Assembly (NCBI RefSeq): GCF_006345805.1
Contig: NW_021833086.1
Span: 1 to 64,000, forward strand
From: Octopus sinensis
Taxonomy: Eukaryota
DNA: 64,000 bases
Direction of reading: 5' to 3'
Each line of letters opens with the position of its first letter. The first letter of the stretch is position 1. Shown in pieces: positions 26,805 to 39,559 of the stretch. A model generated the notes under the pieces. That model had not been told where the DNA came from. It saw only the letters and a list, made by a program, of their open reading frames with translations, and made no database searches. The position numbers and the translations under genes are program-made.

Positions 26805-27771
26805 ACACGTGTGTGTGCATATATATATATATATTTCGGTGAAATATTTAAGATAAAACCTAATCTATTCCATTAACTGCTTAGGGTGCGGTAATCATTA
26901 TATTGGCCAAACAAGAATGTCACTCCGTCGAAGAAAACTCTTCACAAAGAACAAATCCGCTACCCACAATGCAGTTACAGGTCAGTGATCACATAGAAAG
27001 GTGTGCTAGGAACCTTAATCCTAACTTCCAAATTTTCCCTTTATATCAATGTTCACAGAACGCCTCAGTTCAGTAAAGAATGAATAAAGAAGGAATTTTC
27101 ATCAATAAATATCACACACAACTCAACATTAACACATAACACAATATAGAGCATTACTAACCTTACCATTAATACCACTAACTCCCATACATTCCATACA
27201 CCATTCATATTACATCAACCCTAATTGCACTACTCCCTGAACTACTTACCTCCCTTGCATATCTTTTTACTCAGGGACTAGTAGAGCCAACACCGTTTGG
27301 TAATCGGTGCACATTGAAAGCCAGCGAACAGCAATTGACGAAACCGGTATGGCTTTGAATCCCTTTAACAATTCAAAATAATGACTTTTATTCCTCTTAA
27401 TTCTACCTCAGTTAATCTAATTGTATATATTTATCGTTGCTTTTCATAAAAAAGCCTTTATTTTTTTTATATCCAATGTGCACTTTGGCTTTTACCTTCT
27501 TAATTTCCCCATATATCTACCATGTGTAGTTTATTTTCCTCTTTGAAACCTATTTCTATTATATATACGTACATATTCATATACATAAACATAAATATGT
27601 ATATACATAGATGTATTAGAAATGTTTTTCTGTATGAGTGTGTGAAGTAAGTAATGTGTGCTTTAATGAGATGATTTTGATTTTTAACTTTGCATTATAT
27701 TGGCCACAGAAATGTCACTCCGTAGTACCACGAGTTACAGCCAAATATATTTGTGTACGCGTGTATGTATG

Positions 27772-27814
<43 letters not shown>

Positions 27815-27818
<4 letters not shown>

Positions 27819-28500
27819 CAGGGCTAGTAGTACTTTTGGTAGGCTTGATAGGCGTCTATGCAAACAACGTAATATATCTTCACAAATGAAAGTTAAGCTA
27901 TATAACACATGCGTCCTTCCATCTTTGCTATATGAAAGTGAGGCATGGGTTGTTTACCGTAGACAGGTAAGGCAATTGGAATGATTTCATCAATACTGTC
28001 TGAGAAAAAGTTTGGGGATAAACTGGAAAATGGCCATTTGTAATGTGGAGGTGCTTGAGCTGAGTAGCAGTAGAAGTATAGAGTCAATGATTTTGCAAAG
28101 ACGTTTGAAGTGGGGGGACATTTGGTAAGGATGAGTGATGAGAGACTACCCAAGCAGCTATTGTATGGTAAGCTGGAAGACGGCAAGAGACCAGCGCATA
28201 GGCCTAAACCAAGGTTTAATGATTGCCTTAAAAATGCTCTAATACAGACAGGAATTTCAGCTGGTAATTGGGAGAGGGGGTCACAAGACTGTGATGGATG
28301 GAGGAAGATAGTGCATGATGGTTGTTCAAGATTTGAAAGGGAGAGAGTGAAGTATGAGAGAATTAGGGGGGGGGGCTTAGAAAGGGGGAACCTGTGGAAA
28401 GTGAGAGAGAGTTGTTTTTTATGTGTGTGGTTTGTGGGCAGAGGTGTTTGAGACGTGCAGGCCTGGTGAGCCATCAAAATTCTCATAGAAATTGACCCGT
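27815..28500 (+). mobile_element. RTE-clade LINE 3' fragment (post-RT region), pseudogenised
   Basis: KVKLYNTCVLPSLLYESEAW…FHQYCLR…GHLVRMSDERLPKQLLYGKL…RPKPRFNDCLK, with an in-frame TGA and a frameshift. Confidence 0.9.
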
Positions 28501-28589
28501 GATACACAATGAAGTGGCTAGTGTTTTTAATCGAAAGAGACTCATCGTTTAATTGTTTTTAATTGAAAGAGTTTCTTAAACCCAATATT

Positions 28590-28920
28590 CTATTATTTCT
28601 AGCTTCGGTGAAAGTTTCTTGATTTCGAAGTTTCTCGGTTCTTATAATGCAAACATCTTACAATTCTTGCTGCTAAGAACAAAGCTTCAAAATTGGATGG
28701 GAGCAATTCAAAGTGTTTCTGTATTATAATGGCTTGCATGCCCAGTTTATCCCCAAACTTTTTCTCAGACAGTATTGATGAAATCATTCCAATTGCCTTA
28801 CCTGTCTACGGTAAACAACCCATGCCTCACTTTCATATAGCAAAGATGGAAGGACGCATGTGCTATATACCTTTAACTTTTCCATCCTGGAGGTTGCACG
28901 CTATTATTTATAGATTTATC
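28590..28920 (-). mobile_element. inverted RTE-derived segment homologous to about 27840-28100
   Basis: 28742-28869 is the reverse complement of 27899-28026 with 1 mismatch. The flanks are recognisably homologous but strongly diverged. Confidence 0.8.
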
Positions 28921-29060
28921 TAATTCGAATTTCACCATTTAAAAACGATTTTTTTCATGTTCTCTCGAAGTTTCTAAATTCTAATAATGTAAACAATGTG
29001 TGTGTGTGTGTGTGTGTGAGTGTGTGTGTATGTGTGAGTGTGTGTGTGTGTGTGTGTTGT

Positions 29061-29092
<32 letters not shown>

Positions 29093-29094
29093 GC

Positions 29095-29290
29095 ACGCGC
29101 TGGACAAAATACTTACCGGCATTTCGTCTTTACGTTTTAACTTCAAATTCCGCCGAGGTCAACTTAGGCGTTCGTCATCTCCTTTCCGGAACGATCAAAT
29201 GAATACTAGTTGAGTAATGAGGTCGTTACAATCGACTAGCTCCTGCCCCCAAAATTCCAGGCCTTTTACCTAAAGCAGAAAGAATTATGG
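29095..29290 (+). mobile_element. degenerate tRNA-SINE related to family 1
   Basis: TTCAAATTCCGCCGAGGTCAAC…CAATCGACTAGCTCC motifs. Confidence 0.65.
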
Positions 29291-29309
29291 TTATTAATAA
29301 GTAAAGTTA

Positions 29310-29700
29310 GTAGGACGGCGAACTGGCAGAATCGTTAGCATGCCAGGCGAAATGCTTAGCGGTATTTCGCCTGCCGCTACGTTCTGAGTTCAAATTCCGC
29401 AGAGGTCGACGTTGCCTTTCATCCTTTCGAGGTCGATTAAATAAGTACCAGTTACGCACTGAGGTCGATATAATCGACTTAATCCGTTTGTTTGTCCTAG
29501 TTTGTCCCCTCTGTGTTTAGCCCCTTGTGAGTAGTAAAGAAATAGGTATTCCGTCTGCCGCTACGTTCTGAGTTCAAATTCCACCGAAGTCGACTTTGCC
29601 TGTCATCCTTTCGGGGTCGATTAAATAAGTACCAGTTACGCACTGTCTGTCCTTGCTTGTCCCATCTGTGTTTAGCCCCTTGTGGGCAATAAATAATTAG
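29310..29700 (+). mobile_element. family 1 SINE head-to-tail dimer flanked by a single 13-bp TSD
   Basis: Unit 1 spans 29313-29550. Unit 2 restarts at the internal GGTATT position. TSD ATAAG(T/C)AAAGTTA lies at 29297-29309 and 29701-29713. Confidence 0.85.
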
Positions 29701-30177
29701 ATAAGCAAAGTTATTGAGTGGCCTAAGGGCCAGGAATTTCGTTCGTTGTCACTTGTCAAACCTATTCCTCGCTCTTTATTTAATTGGTCGCCTAACCTAT
29801 AAAGATACTCCGAACGGTGTTTGAGAAAACTTGGCGAAACCTAGAAGCAAAACATGTTCAAAAGGCCAACATTTACACCATGCATAGAATCACATTTGTG
29901 TCTATTTTCGTCGATTATCTTAACACACGTAGTACGTGTTTCGGTTTGCAACAGACTGTGGCAAATCTTCCGTCTTTCTCTTCGTAATCAAAATAAACAA
30001 TGACGAATTGACAGTCAGGCCTTCTTATCCAACTCAAAAGCACACGCACACACACACACACACACACGCGCGCACACACACATACACACATGCACAACCA
30101 CACTCACACGCAGACGTACATACATTCACATTCATACAAACATAGATACCTACATCACGCACATATACTTACATGCA

Positions 30178-30182
<5 letters not shown>

Positions 30183-30213
<31 letters not shown>

Positions 30214-30578
30214 TGTATGTATGTATGTATGTATGTATGTATGTATGTATGTATGTATGTATGTATGTATGTATGTGTGTGTATGTATGCACGTATGTGT
30301 GTATGTATGCATGTGTGTGTATGTATGTATGTATGTATGTATGTGTGTATGTATGTTTGTATGTATGTATGAGTGTATGTATGTATGTATGTATGTATGT
30401 ATGCACATATGTATGTAAGTATGTATATATATATATGTGTATATATATAATGTATGTGTGTGTATGTATGTATGAGTGTGTGTATGTATGCATGTATGTG
30501 TGTATGTATGTGTGTGTATGTATGTATGCGTTTATGTATGTATGTGTATATGTATGTATGTGTGTATGTATGTATGTG

Positions 30579-30610
<32 letters not shown>

Positions 30611-30815
30611 TGTATGTATGTATGCGTGTATGTATGTATGTATGTATGTATGTATGCGTGTATGTATGTATGTATGTATGTATGTATGTATGTATGTATG
30701 TATGTATGTATGTATGTATGTATGTATGTATGTATGCGTGTATGTATGTATGTATGTATGTATGTATGTATGTATGTATGTATGCGTGTATGTATGTATG
30801 TATGTATGTATGTAC
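30183..30815. repeat. long interrupted (TATG)n microsatellite
   Basis: Direct reading, about 630 bp. It is the source of the 249-aa MYVC pseudo-ORF. Confidence 0.97.
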
Positions 30816-31303
30816 GTATTGTTTTTCTTATTTTGTTAGTATGTTTTATTTCTACCTCAGTCTGTGTCTGACTTTCTGTCTTAATGTCGATCTCTGTTTT
30901 TCTTCATTCCAAAACTCAGCGGAAAATATACCACTGGAACCGACTATCCAGTTGCTTCGACAATAAATCACAATGTGATAATTAGAACTAGACTAAAAGA
31001 GGTTGAAGATTTTACGCGCGCACACACGCAGGTATAGATGTGTGTATGTATGTATGCATATACATATGTATATGTAGGTGTATATATACAAATATGTATA
31101 TGCATATGGATATATATAAGAGAGACCAAAGTGTACGTACGCCGCTATATTTTTATATATAAAAGAATACAAAATGTATGTTTTGTTGTCCTTTTTTGTA
31201 TCACCTAACTGTCTGGATGTTTTGCGTTCCTGTCCCATTTTTGTATTTTATAATATATTATATATATATATATATATAATATATATATATATATACATAT
31301 ATA

Positions 31304-31347
<44 letters not shown>

Positions 31348-31801
31348 TATACATATATATGCATATATATATATATATTACAAATATATGCATATCTATA
31401 TATCAATCTATATCGCTACACGTTGATGTACCTTGATTTAATCTTGATTTAAGTTACAATATACGGATTCAACTAACTCAGTGGTACTCATAAAAAAAAA
31501 ACCCAGAAAGTTCTTTAACGTATCGTTCTACAAAACGTATAAAATATATAGTACTATACAAGAAACTTTGTCATTTAACACGGATTTTTCGCTCGCCAGA
31601 TTAGATCTGTATTGATTTAAGAGACTGTGTATATTAATGCAAATATGTAAGTAATAAAATAAATTATTCTTTGCATATTTTAAGTTATCCAAAAATTTGT
31701 TGTGATATATGATTTTTTCCAATGGTTAAACAAATTTCATCATCTCCCTATGTTTCAACAAGAAGAAAAGCATTCGATTAGCTAATACATTCACGCAACC
31801 A

Positions 31802-31833
<32 letters not shown>

Positions 31834-32754
31834 GTGGTAGGGATTGGTATTCTCATATTCTTGTTCTGGTTTTAATCATGTACACAATACAATATTTGGT
31901 TGTCTTATACATTTTTTATGTACTGGTTTATTTTTGTGTTGTACCATATCGTGTTTCATTAAAGAATACTATGTTCATATGAATTCCAACCGTGATCCAG
32001 AACTACATTACCCTATGTATCTATCCTTGATTAAGACCGCTGGGTTAGATTTGAGCGAAATTTGATTGTTCCGTCTTGTAGAATGAGCTACTACATAGAA
32101 GTTTCACTGTTAGATCATTATATATTTCTGATAAAGGCAAGGAAGAGAGAGACTGATGCTGTTTCTTTGCTTCGCCATATTTTCTAGACTCGCGATTTTC
32201 TCGACAATTTTGTTCATATTAAATTTATACATCTACGGTGTGAAATTCATTATGTCCTGCAGAATCACGAAAAACATTTATCATTCTCTAACCCATAAAC
32301 TGGCCTAATTATCTACCCTTTCATTCCCAAAAGTACTGATGTTACTTTTGTTTCTATGAAATATATGTGTGTCCAGTTTTGATATTGTGTCCAAATACGA
32401 ATACCCGACACTACTCCAACGAAAACAAGTTTTAAAACCTTTCATTGGCTTCATTGCTGAAGTGAAGTAAGAAATCTAGTAGTTACACCTATCTCTATTT
32501 TACTGATAACCTTCCATATATAAATTCTTGCATTACGACCGAAGAGAGATTGGATAAAAGGTAAAGTTTACCCTAGGGGGATTTTAACGCAGAGCATAAA
32601 GAATACATAATTAAATTACCGCAAGGCATTTCGCACAGAGTTGGATCAATTTTGCTCCCTCCACCAAAAAAAAAACAAAACAAAAAACAAACAAACAAAA
32701 CCGTGGATGAGAAACTGGAGATCATTTCAGTGAAACAGATTTTGAGACAATATA

Positions 32755-32987
32755 TATTTCTTTACTACCCACAAGGGGCTAAACAGGGAGGGGACAAACA
32801 AGGACAGACAAACGGATTAAGTCGATTACATCGACCCCAGTGCATAACTGCTACTTAATTTATCGACCCCGAAAGGATGAAAGGCAAAGTCGACCTCGGC
32901 GGAATTTGAACGCAGAACGTAGCGGCAGACGAAATACGGCTACGCATTTCGCCCGGCGTGCTAGCGTTTCTGCCAGCTCGCCGCCTT
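32755..32987 (-). mobile_element. full-length family 1 SINE with a perfect 16-bp TSD
   Basis: TSD ATTTTGAGACAATATA at 32739-32754 and 32988-33003. The A/B-box head is intact. Confidence 0.93.
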
Positions 32988-33758
32988 ATTTTGAGACAAT
33001 ATAATTAACCAGACCGATACAGTTTAAAGTTTATTTCTGGTTTAAAATGTTTACAGTGAATTATCCTTATTTTCTTATGATGGCTTACGACCTTATGCTT
33101 GTTTATATACTTAGATAAATAGAGATCTCCTTTGTTGCTGTTTTTGTTTGTTAAAGGGAGGATAACGCAAATATTTGGTTCGCGCTTAAGTGGCAGGTGA
33201 TTCATAGCGGAAACGAGGCTGTGCACTTCACCAATAGCCATCACTTAAGTTTGCCTTTCAACTTACAGTCGAAGGCAAATTTCTCTTGTATAGTAAAGTA
33301 AATTGTTCACTTTCCCTGGATTGTTAAATTCTCTTTGAGAAATATATGAACATTATAATCTCACATTTCCGTTTACTTTAAACAATATTGAGTTTTTTTT
33401 TTACACCCAGTCAAAAGATTGCGTTAAAAATGTATGTATGTATGTATGTATGTATGTATTAATGGATGGATGCATGCATGCATGCATGAATGTCTCAATA
33501 TATGGATGTAAGCATGTATGTATACACTCGCGCGTACACAAACACGCACACATATATGTGGATGTATATATACACACACACATACTTTAATCTGTTCAAT
33601 TGTTAAGTTCCATGAATGAAACTTTTGGCTTTTGAGTCATTCACATTACTTGATAACCGATTAAAAATGTATGTATATGTATTCTTAGATGTAGAGATTT
33701 GTTGTCCCTATTTCTCCCAAAAAGCTACACACAAACACATACACACACACACACACAC

Positions 33759-33805
<47 letters not shown>

Positions 33806-33984
33806 ACACACACACACACAGTCTTTACCAGCGTATAAAGTGCGTTCTTTAATTTCTAAATCTATCAAAATTGCCGTGTCTTATGCAACCGTATTACGGA
33901 TGGGAGACCAGGCGCCATAGGCTAGAGTGCCTACGATGAGCATAATCCGCTGGCCACAATAATTATTAGTAGTATTAAAATATT

Positions 33985-34180
33985 GTTCTCAAATTGTGGC
34001 ATAAAGTCAGAAAGTTTTAGGGGATTACATCTATTCCAGTGATCAACTGCGAATTGTTTTATCGACTCCGGGAGGACAAGAGTCGACCTCGGCGGGATTT
34101 CTACTCAGAACGTAAAGACGGACAAAATAGCACTAAGCATTTCTCGCGGAGTGCTAATAATTGTGCCAGGTCACCGCGCC
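33985..34180 (-). mobile_element. degenerate tRNA-SINE related to family 1
   Basis: TTATCGACTCCGGGAGGAC…GTCGACCTCGGCGGGATTT…CTCAGAACGTAAAGACGGAC…CTAAGCATTTC. Confidence 0.7.
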
Positions 34181-34238
<58 letters not shown>

Positions 34239-34255
34239 GAATAATAATAATAATG

Positions 34256-34299
<44 letters not shown>

Positions 34300-34447
34300 G
34301 ATAATAATAATAATAATAATAAAATAATAATAATAATAATAAAATAATAATAACAACAACAACAACAATACTAATACTAACAATAATGATAGCCATACTA
34401 CAAGACACAGGTGGAGTAAACAAGTAAACATGTATGCATGTATGTAT

Positions 34448-34522
<75 letters not shown>

Positions 34523-34650
34523 CCCTGGTTTATATATCTTATTTTGAAAAGATATTTCTTCAATAAATATATTATAAAGCATCAACTATTATTAATAAGT
34601 TTGAAAGTAGAGAGATTCAATATACATAGATTAATTTATTCATTATTTAA

Positions 34651-34916
34651 TATTGCCTACAATTGTTTCACTTCACACCCAATTTAAATTACAAAGCATA
34701 TATAATAATATAAATTTGCATTTTGAGTAGTCTGGGTGGAATATTTTCAGGGCAAAATGGCCATTACAGGGTTTACATTTTGATCAAAATGTAAACTCTA
34801 TAATGTCCCTTTTGCCCTGTAGATCTTCCACCCAGGGTACTCAAAATGCAAACTTATATGATTATATATGCTTTGTAATTTAAATTGGGTGTGAAGTGGA
34901 ACAATTGTAGGCAATA
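34651..34916. mobile_element. 266-bp spacerless palindrome (foldback MITE) with TA at both termini
   Basis: The left and right arms are reverse complements along their whole length, centred on CATTTTGATCAAAATG (34783/34784). It begins TA-TTGCCTACAATTG and ends CAATTGTAGGCAA-TA. Confidence 0.8.
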
Positions 34917-35690
34917 CAGTTCTATATTTAAGAGATGAAGAATTATGTACATTATTTACATTCGACGGATATTTGTCCTCATCTTGTTTGTTGTTAACAC
35001 AACGTTTCGGCTGATATACCCACCAGCCTTCATCGGGTGTCTTGGGGAAATTTAGAACCAGGGTTCTCATTCCTAAGGTCTTTTTTCGATGTTGTTGTTG
35101 TTGTTATGGAGTGAATTTTAGGTCTTATAAATCTAATATTTTTATATCCTTCCTTAATACCGGTTCCCATATGCTACTCGTATCTGCACTCGGTCTGCTT
35201 AGGAGGTTGTCGTTTCCTAGCATATGTGCTGCTTCTTTTAGTTTTCGTATTTTCCAGCAGTGTTCTCTGTCTATTATTTTAACTTCATGCCACAGGGCGA
35301 GGTTGTCTCCAGGTTTCCATATATGATCAGCTATGCCCGATTTACCTATATCTCCTCACGCCACAGCTTTGCAATGTTCGTCTACCCTAATTTTGAGGGG
35401 GCAGTATATTTCGGCTTTGTATAACCTGCCATAGCTGCATGGGTTGGAATACACGCAGCCTTTGGTCATATTCTCTTCTATTGGTGGTTTTACTCGAAGG
35501 AGATATTTGCGAAATGTATTACACTTGAATACTGTCCTGATGTCATATGGATCGCATATCCTTTGTATCTTTTCGGAGAGGTCTTTCACATATGGTAGAC
35601 AGACTGTGGACAGTTTACTGGTTTCATCCTCTCTTTTCTTCTTAATTGGAGTGGATAATCAGACTGTAAACGAAGAAAACCATACGTAAC
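34917..35690 (-). mobile_element. Penelope-like element 3' part (GIY-YIG endonuclease remnant plus terminal repeat)
   Basis: GCVYSNPCSYGRLYKAE…PLKIRVDEH is a GIY-YIG N-terminal motif. Terminal repeat 34917-35090 is homologous to 60652-60830. Confidence 0.85.
34997..35040 (-). ncRNA. minimal hammerhead ribozyme-like motif (U4 to C variant)
   Basis: ACAC-CCGAUGA-A-GGCUG-GUGGGUAUAU-CAGCC-GAAAC-GUU-GUGU. Stem I has 4 of 4 pairs, stem II 5 of 5, and stem III is loopless. Confidence 0.6.
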
Positions 35691-35858
35691 AACTAAATTA
35701 TGCGACCTTTAGATCTTATTTGGATAATCCGAAGTTAGGATTCTTGATGTTCGGATAACCAAGAGTAAACTGCATATTTAAATGCACGCACACACGCAAA
35801 ACACCCCAATACGTACATGCACACACACACACACACACATATATATATAATATATATA

Positions 35859-35908
<50 letters not shown>

Positions 35909-36769
35909 TTGTGTGAATGCGTGTTTGTGTCTATGTATGTGTAGGGCAGTAGGTGTGTATATACATGCAAAAATACACAAATGTACCTATACGAGGCGGG
36001 TGTGCACAGATATATACATATGAACACGCAGACTCCGAGAAGCATAATTAGCACGTATATAGATAGGCCTACAGAGTTGACATTGGCATATATTTTATAT
36101 ACACATGTACATATTTGTATGCGTGTGTGTGCGCCCACCCGTGTCTATGTGTGTGTTTGTGTGTGACGTGCGTGTGCACTTAAGTATTCTATATATTTAT
36201 ATTTATATATGTATGTATGTATGTATGTATGCATGTATGTATGTATGTATGTATGTATGTATGTATGTATGTATGTACGTACGTATGTATGTATGTATGT
36301 ATGTATGTATGTATGTATGTATGTATGTATGTATGTATGTATGTATGTATATATATATATATATAATGTGCGTGTGGATGTGTTGTGTATGATACATGCG
36401 CGCTCATGGTTGCATATCTCTGTGTAGATAACATATCAATATAACATCAATGTATGTGTGTATGTATGTGTATATATATGCGTGTGTGCGTGTAAATATG
36501 TATATATATATATATATATTATATATAACTGGGAGATATGAAGAGAAGAGAACGCAGGCGTTCTTTTTTTTCTTTTGACATCCAATAAGAAGCAGAAAAT
36601 GAAAAGGAACAATAAGCAAGCAAACAAAATCATAAAGTAACGCAAAAGCAAGATATGTGAGCATTTAGAGCGTGCGAAAGAGAGAGGAAGGAAGAGAGAG
36701 CGAGAGAGACAAAATGTACGAAAAGAGAAAGTGAGAGTCAAAGGTATCAAAGTAAGAGAGTGAGATAGT

Positions 36770-36856
<87 letters not shown>

Positions 36857-37089
36857 TATGTGGAAACAGAGGTGAAAGAAATAGACCATGTGTCATCTTT
36901 AAAGTTTTATTGATGGCACACTTTGCAGAAGTACATACATCGTATGCTATCTTGCATCAAATAGATAAGGTAGGGTAACTTTTTAATGAGTACTTCTGAT
37001 ATGCCAACAAATGATAATGAAGATATTAATAACAACGACGGATACGACAATGACGACGACGACGACTGCAAGAACAACAGCGGCTCAAC

Positions 37090-37310
37090 GAGGGAGTCGT
37101 CCCTACGTGGTTCATTGACCTGCTAAAATAAAAGCTAAATCTCTCTCAAATTTCTCCCAACACACTTTAGAAAAAAAATGACATATTGGATTAGTATTTA
37201 GGTTGCGATACATACGGTTTTAGAATAAAAAAAAAGAAAACGAGATGACAACCTCTGGAACACCTTTGATCATTGCTAGATCATTGGTGACCTTGGGGCT
37301 AGATATCATC
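37090..37310 (+). repeat. unclassified interspersed repeat (other fragments at about 3870-3950 and 26100-26170, minus strand)
   Basis: A shared motif CCCTACGTGGT…GACCTGCTA(G)AAATA…CAAATCT…CTCAAA recurs three times in the window. Confidence 0.5.
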
Positions 37311-37684
37311 CATTGCAAGATGACCAAAATCACTGCCACCAGCAACAACAGAAAACAGGAATATCGATGCTTTCTACAAGGTACAACGGTTCAACTTTAG
37401 AGAGGAGGTGTTTAGTGATTGGTAAGGACGCCAGGCTTGAGTTGTACATTATTATACCGGTCACTGCAAAGACAGAACATATTGTCTACTAGGGTATCAA
37501 GTTACCGTTTTCTATAACCCACCAATCATTGGTGCTTATCGATTAAATCAACTCCAGCACTTGACTGGTCCTTTATTTCAATAGCTCCACAAAACTAAAA
37601 CTAAAGATCACTTCGGCAGGAAGTAAAGAATCAGAAGAAATATTTCAAGCGGTTCTGCCAATGCACCAAATTACCATAAAAATA

Positions 37685-37901
37685 ATAATGATTTCAAATT
37701 TTAGCACAAAGTCAGCAATTTCAGGGAAGAGGGTAAGTCGGCTAAATCAACCCCAGTGTTTAACTGGTACTTATTTTATTGACTCCGAAACGATGAAAGG
37801 CAAAGACGACCTCTGTGGAATTTGAATTCAAAACGTGAAGATGGACGAAATGCCGTTAAGCATTTTGCCCGGTGTTCTAGCGACTCTGTCAGCTCCCCGC
37901 C
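37685..37901 (-). mobile_element. tRNA-SINE related to family 1
   Basis: AACCCCAGTGTTTAACTGGTACTTATTTTATTGACTCCGAAACGATGAAAGGCAAAG…GGAATTTGAA…GAAATGCCGTTAAGCATTTTGCCCGG. Confidence 0.8.
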
Positions 37902-37929
37902 TTAACAACAACAACAATAATAATACTAA

Positions 37930-39530
37930 TGTTGTCTTTATTAACCACCAAGAGTTCACAAAAAACGGTACAGGACAATACAATGTAGGGTTACATAAAA
38001 CGGAGCGTGTATACAATGAAAAACGATAAAAAAAATAAAGAAATTCCCCAAATGTGGGAGACTTACTAGGTCTGCTAGTGGAAACCACGTAAAACCACGG
38101 AGGCCTTGACCACTAAGGCAAGTGCTCTCTCCTCATCGTCTATAGGTGGTTGACTTGGACTATTCTTGCCACATTCACTTACCTTTCAACAAAACGGCTG
38201 GGAGGCAGCACCTCCTTATCTATCCTTACTTTTCTTTTCAAGTGAAATTGATGAGAACTTGGCCAAAGAGGAAAATATCTGTCTTCAGCCCTTTCAATCT
38301 GGTCCACCATACAACCTCATTCGCAAAGGCTAACAGGAAAAGAAACACTATCGGTCCTTCATGGCCAAAGGAAGGCAACAGCATGAGCTTCACAATGGAT
38401 TCAGCCGATAACCGGATCTGTCATATATATGACAGTAGCGAAGGCGGTGAGCTGGCAGACACGTTAGCGCGCCGGGCGAAATGCTTAGCGGTATTTCGTC
38501 TGTCGTAACGTTCTGAGTTCAAATTCCGCTGAGGTCAACTTTGCCTTTCATCCTTTCGGGGTCAATAAATAAAGTACCAGTTTCGCACTGGGGGTGATAT
38601 AATCGACTCAACCCTTCGTCTGTCCTTGTTTGACCCCTCTATGTTTAGCCCATTCTGGGCAGTAAAGAAATATATATATAACAGTAGCTGCTCCACATAA
38701 ACCCACAAGTCAGAAATACTCGGATACTGGACAAGAGCGTGCAGAACAGTTTTGTCACTCAGCGCGCATCTTGGGCAAACCCGACTGACTGCACAGAGCC
38801 TATCCCGAATTTATCCCGAACCAGCAATGCGCCATCACCCGGTAGCACAGCCAGGCGAAGGATTTCTGGAAATTGTCCATAAGCTCCGGCCTGAAAGTCC
38901 TCTGGAACAAGCCAACCAGTTGAATCTTGTCGACGCCCAGAGTCTCCTCGGGAACTGCAACGTACTAGCCTGCCCCTAATTCTCTACAGACCGCTAAATT
39001 GAACTCGCCACCGATCATCGTGCCCGTATGACTGAGGGTTGAGAGTACTTGAAGGTATTCCACTTTGCCATGCGCTTTCGCTCGGTCTCTGTTTGACTAA
39101 GGACTGCAGCTCCTTTAAGGAGATCAGCTGAGGAAACACGCATCTGGTAAACGGTGACCATACCTGCTCACCGTGAAGCAAGCGCTGGAGATGTCGCAGC
39201 CTTAGCGCATGTTTGCACATCATCATTTAATACAAGCCCAGTTTACTATACTGCGGGTGTTAACATGAGATGGACCACCTGACCATCAGAAAGCGTTTCT
39301 TCCACGGAGACCGGGACAAAGCACAACGATCAGCCGATCGTAGATGACTGATACTATGTACGCATTAACTACATCTGTCTGCGCTTTCAGGGATAGCTTC
39401 CTCTCGGTACAATTCTGGGTGAGAGTTGATGAATACAAAGGAAGCATTACTGGTGTAAGTAAGAAAGGCAGAAAGGCATTTAGGATAAGATGAAATACAA
39501 AAAGACAGAAAGAAAGAGAAAACAACTAGA
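37930..39530 (-). mobile_element. L1/Tx1-clade LINE 3' fragment (RT C-terminus, zinc-binding remnant, 3' UTR with AATAAA), interrupted by a SINE
   Basis: RKLSLKAQTDVVNAYIVSVIY, HALRLRHLQR, MDNFQKSFAW and CPRCALSDKTVLHALVQYP (C-x2-C…H knuckle remnant). Multiple frameshifts. Confidence 0.7.
38440..38671 (+). mobile_element. full-length family 1 SINE nested in the L1/Tx1-like element, 17-bp TSD
   Basis: TSD ATATATAT(G/A)ACAGTAGC at 38423-38439 and 38672-38688. Confidence 0.9.
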
Positions 39531-39559
39531 AGGGTAAGAAAATGCTCCGCTGGTTCTTT

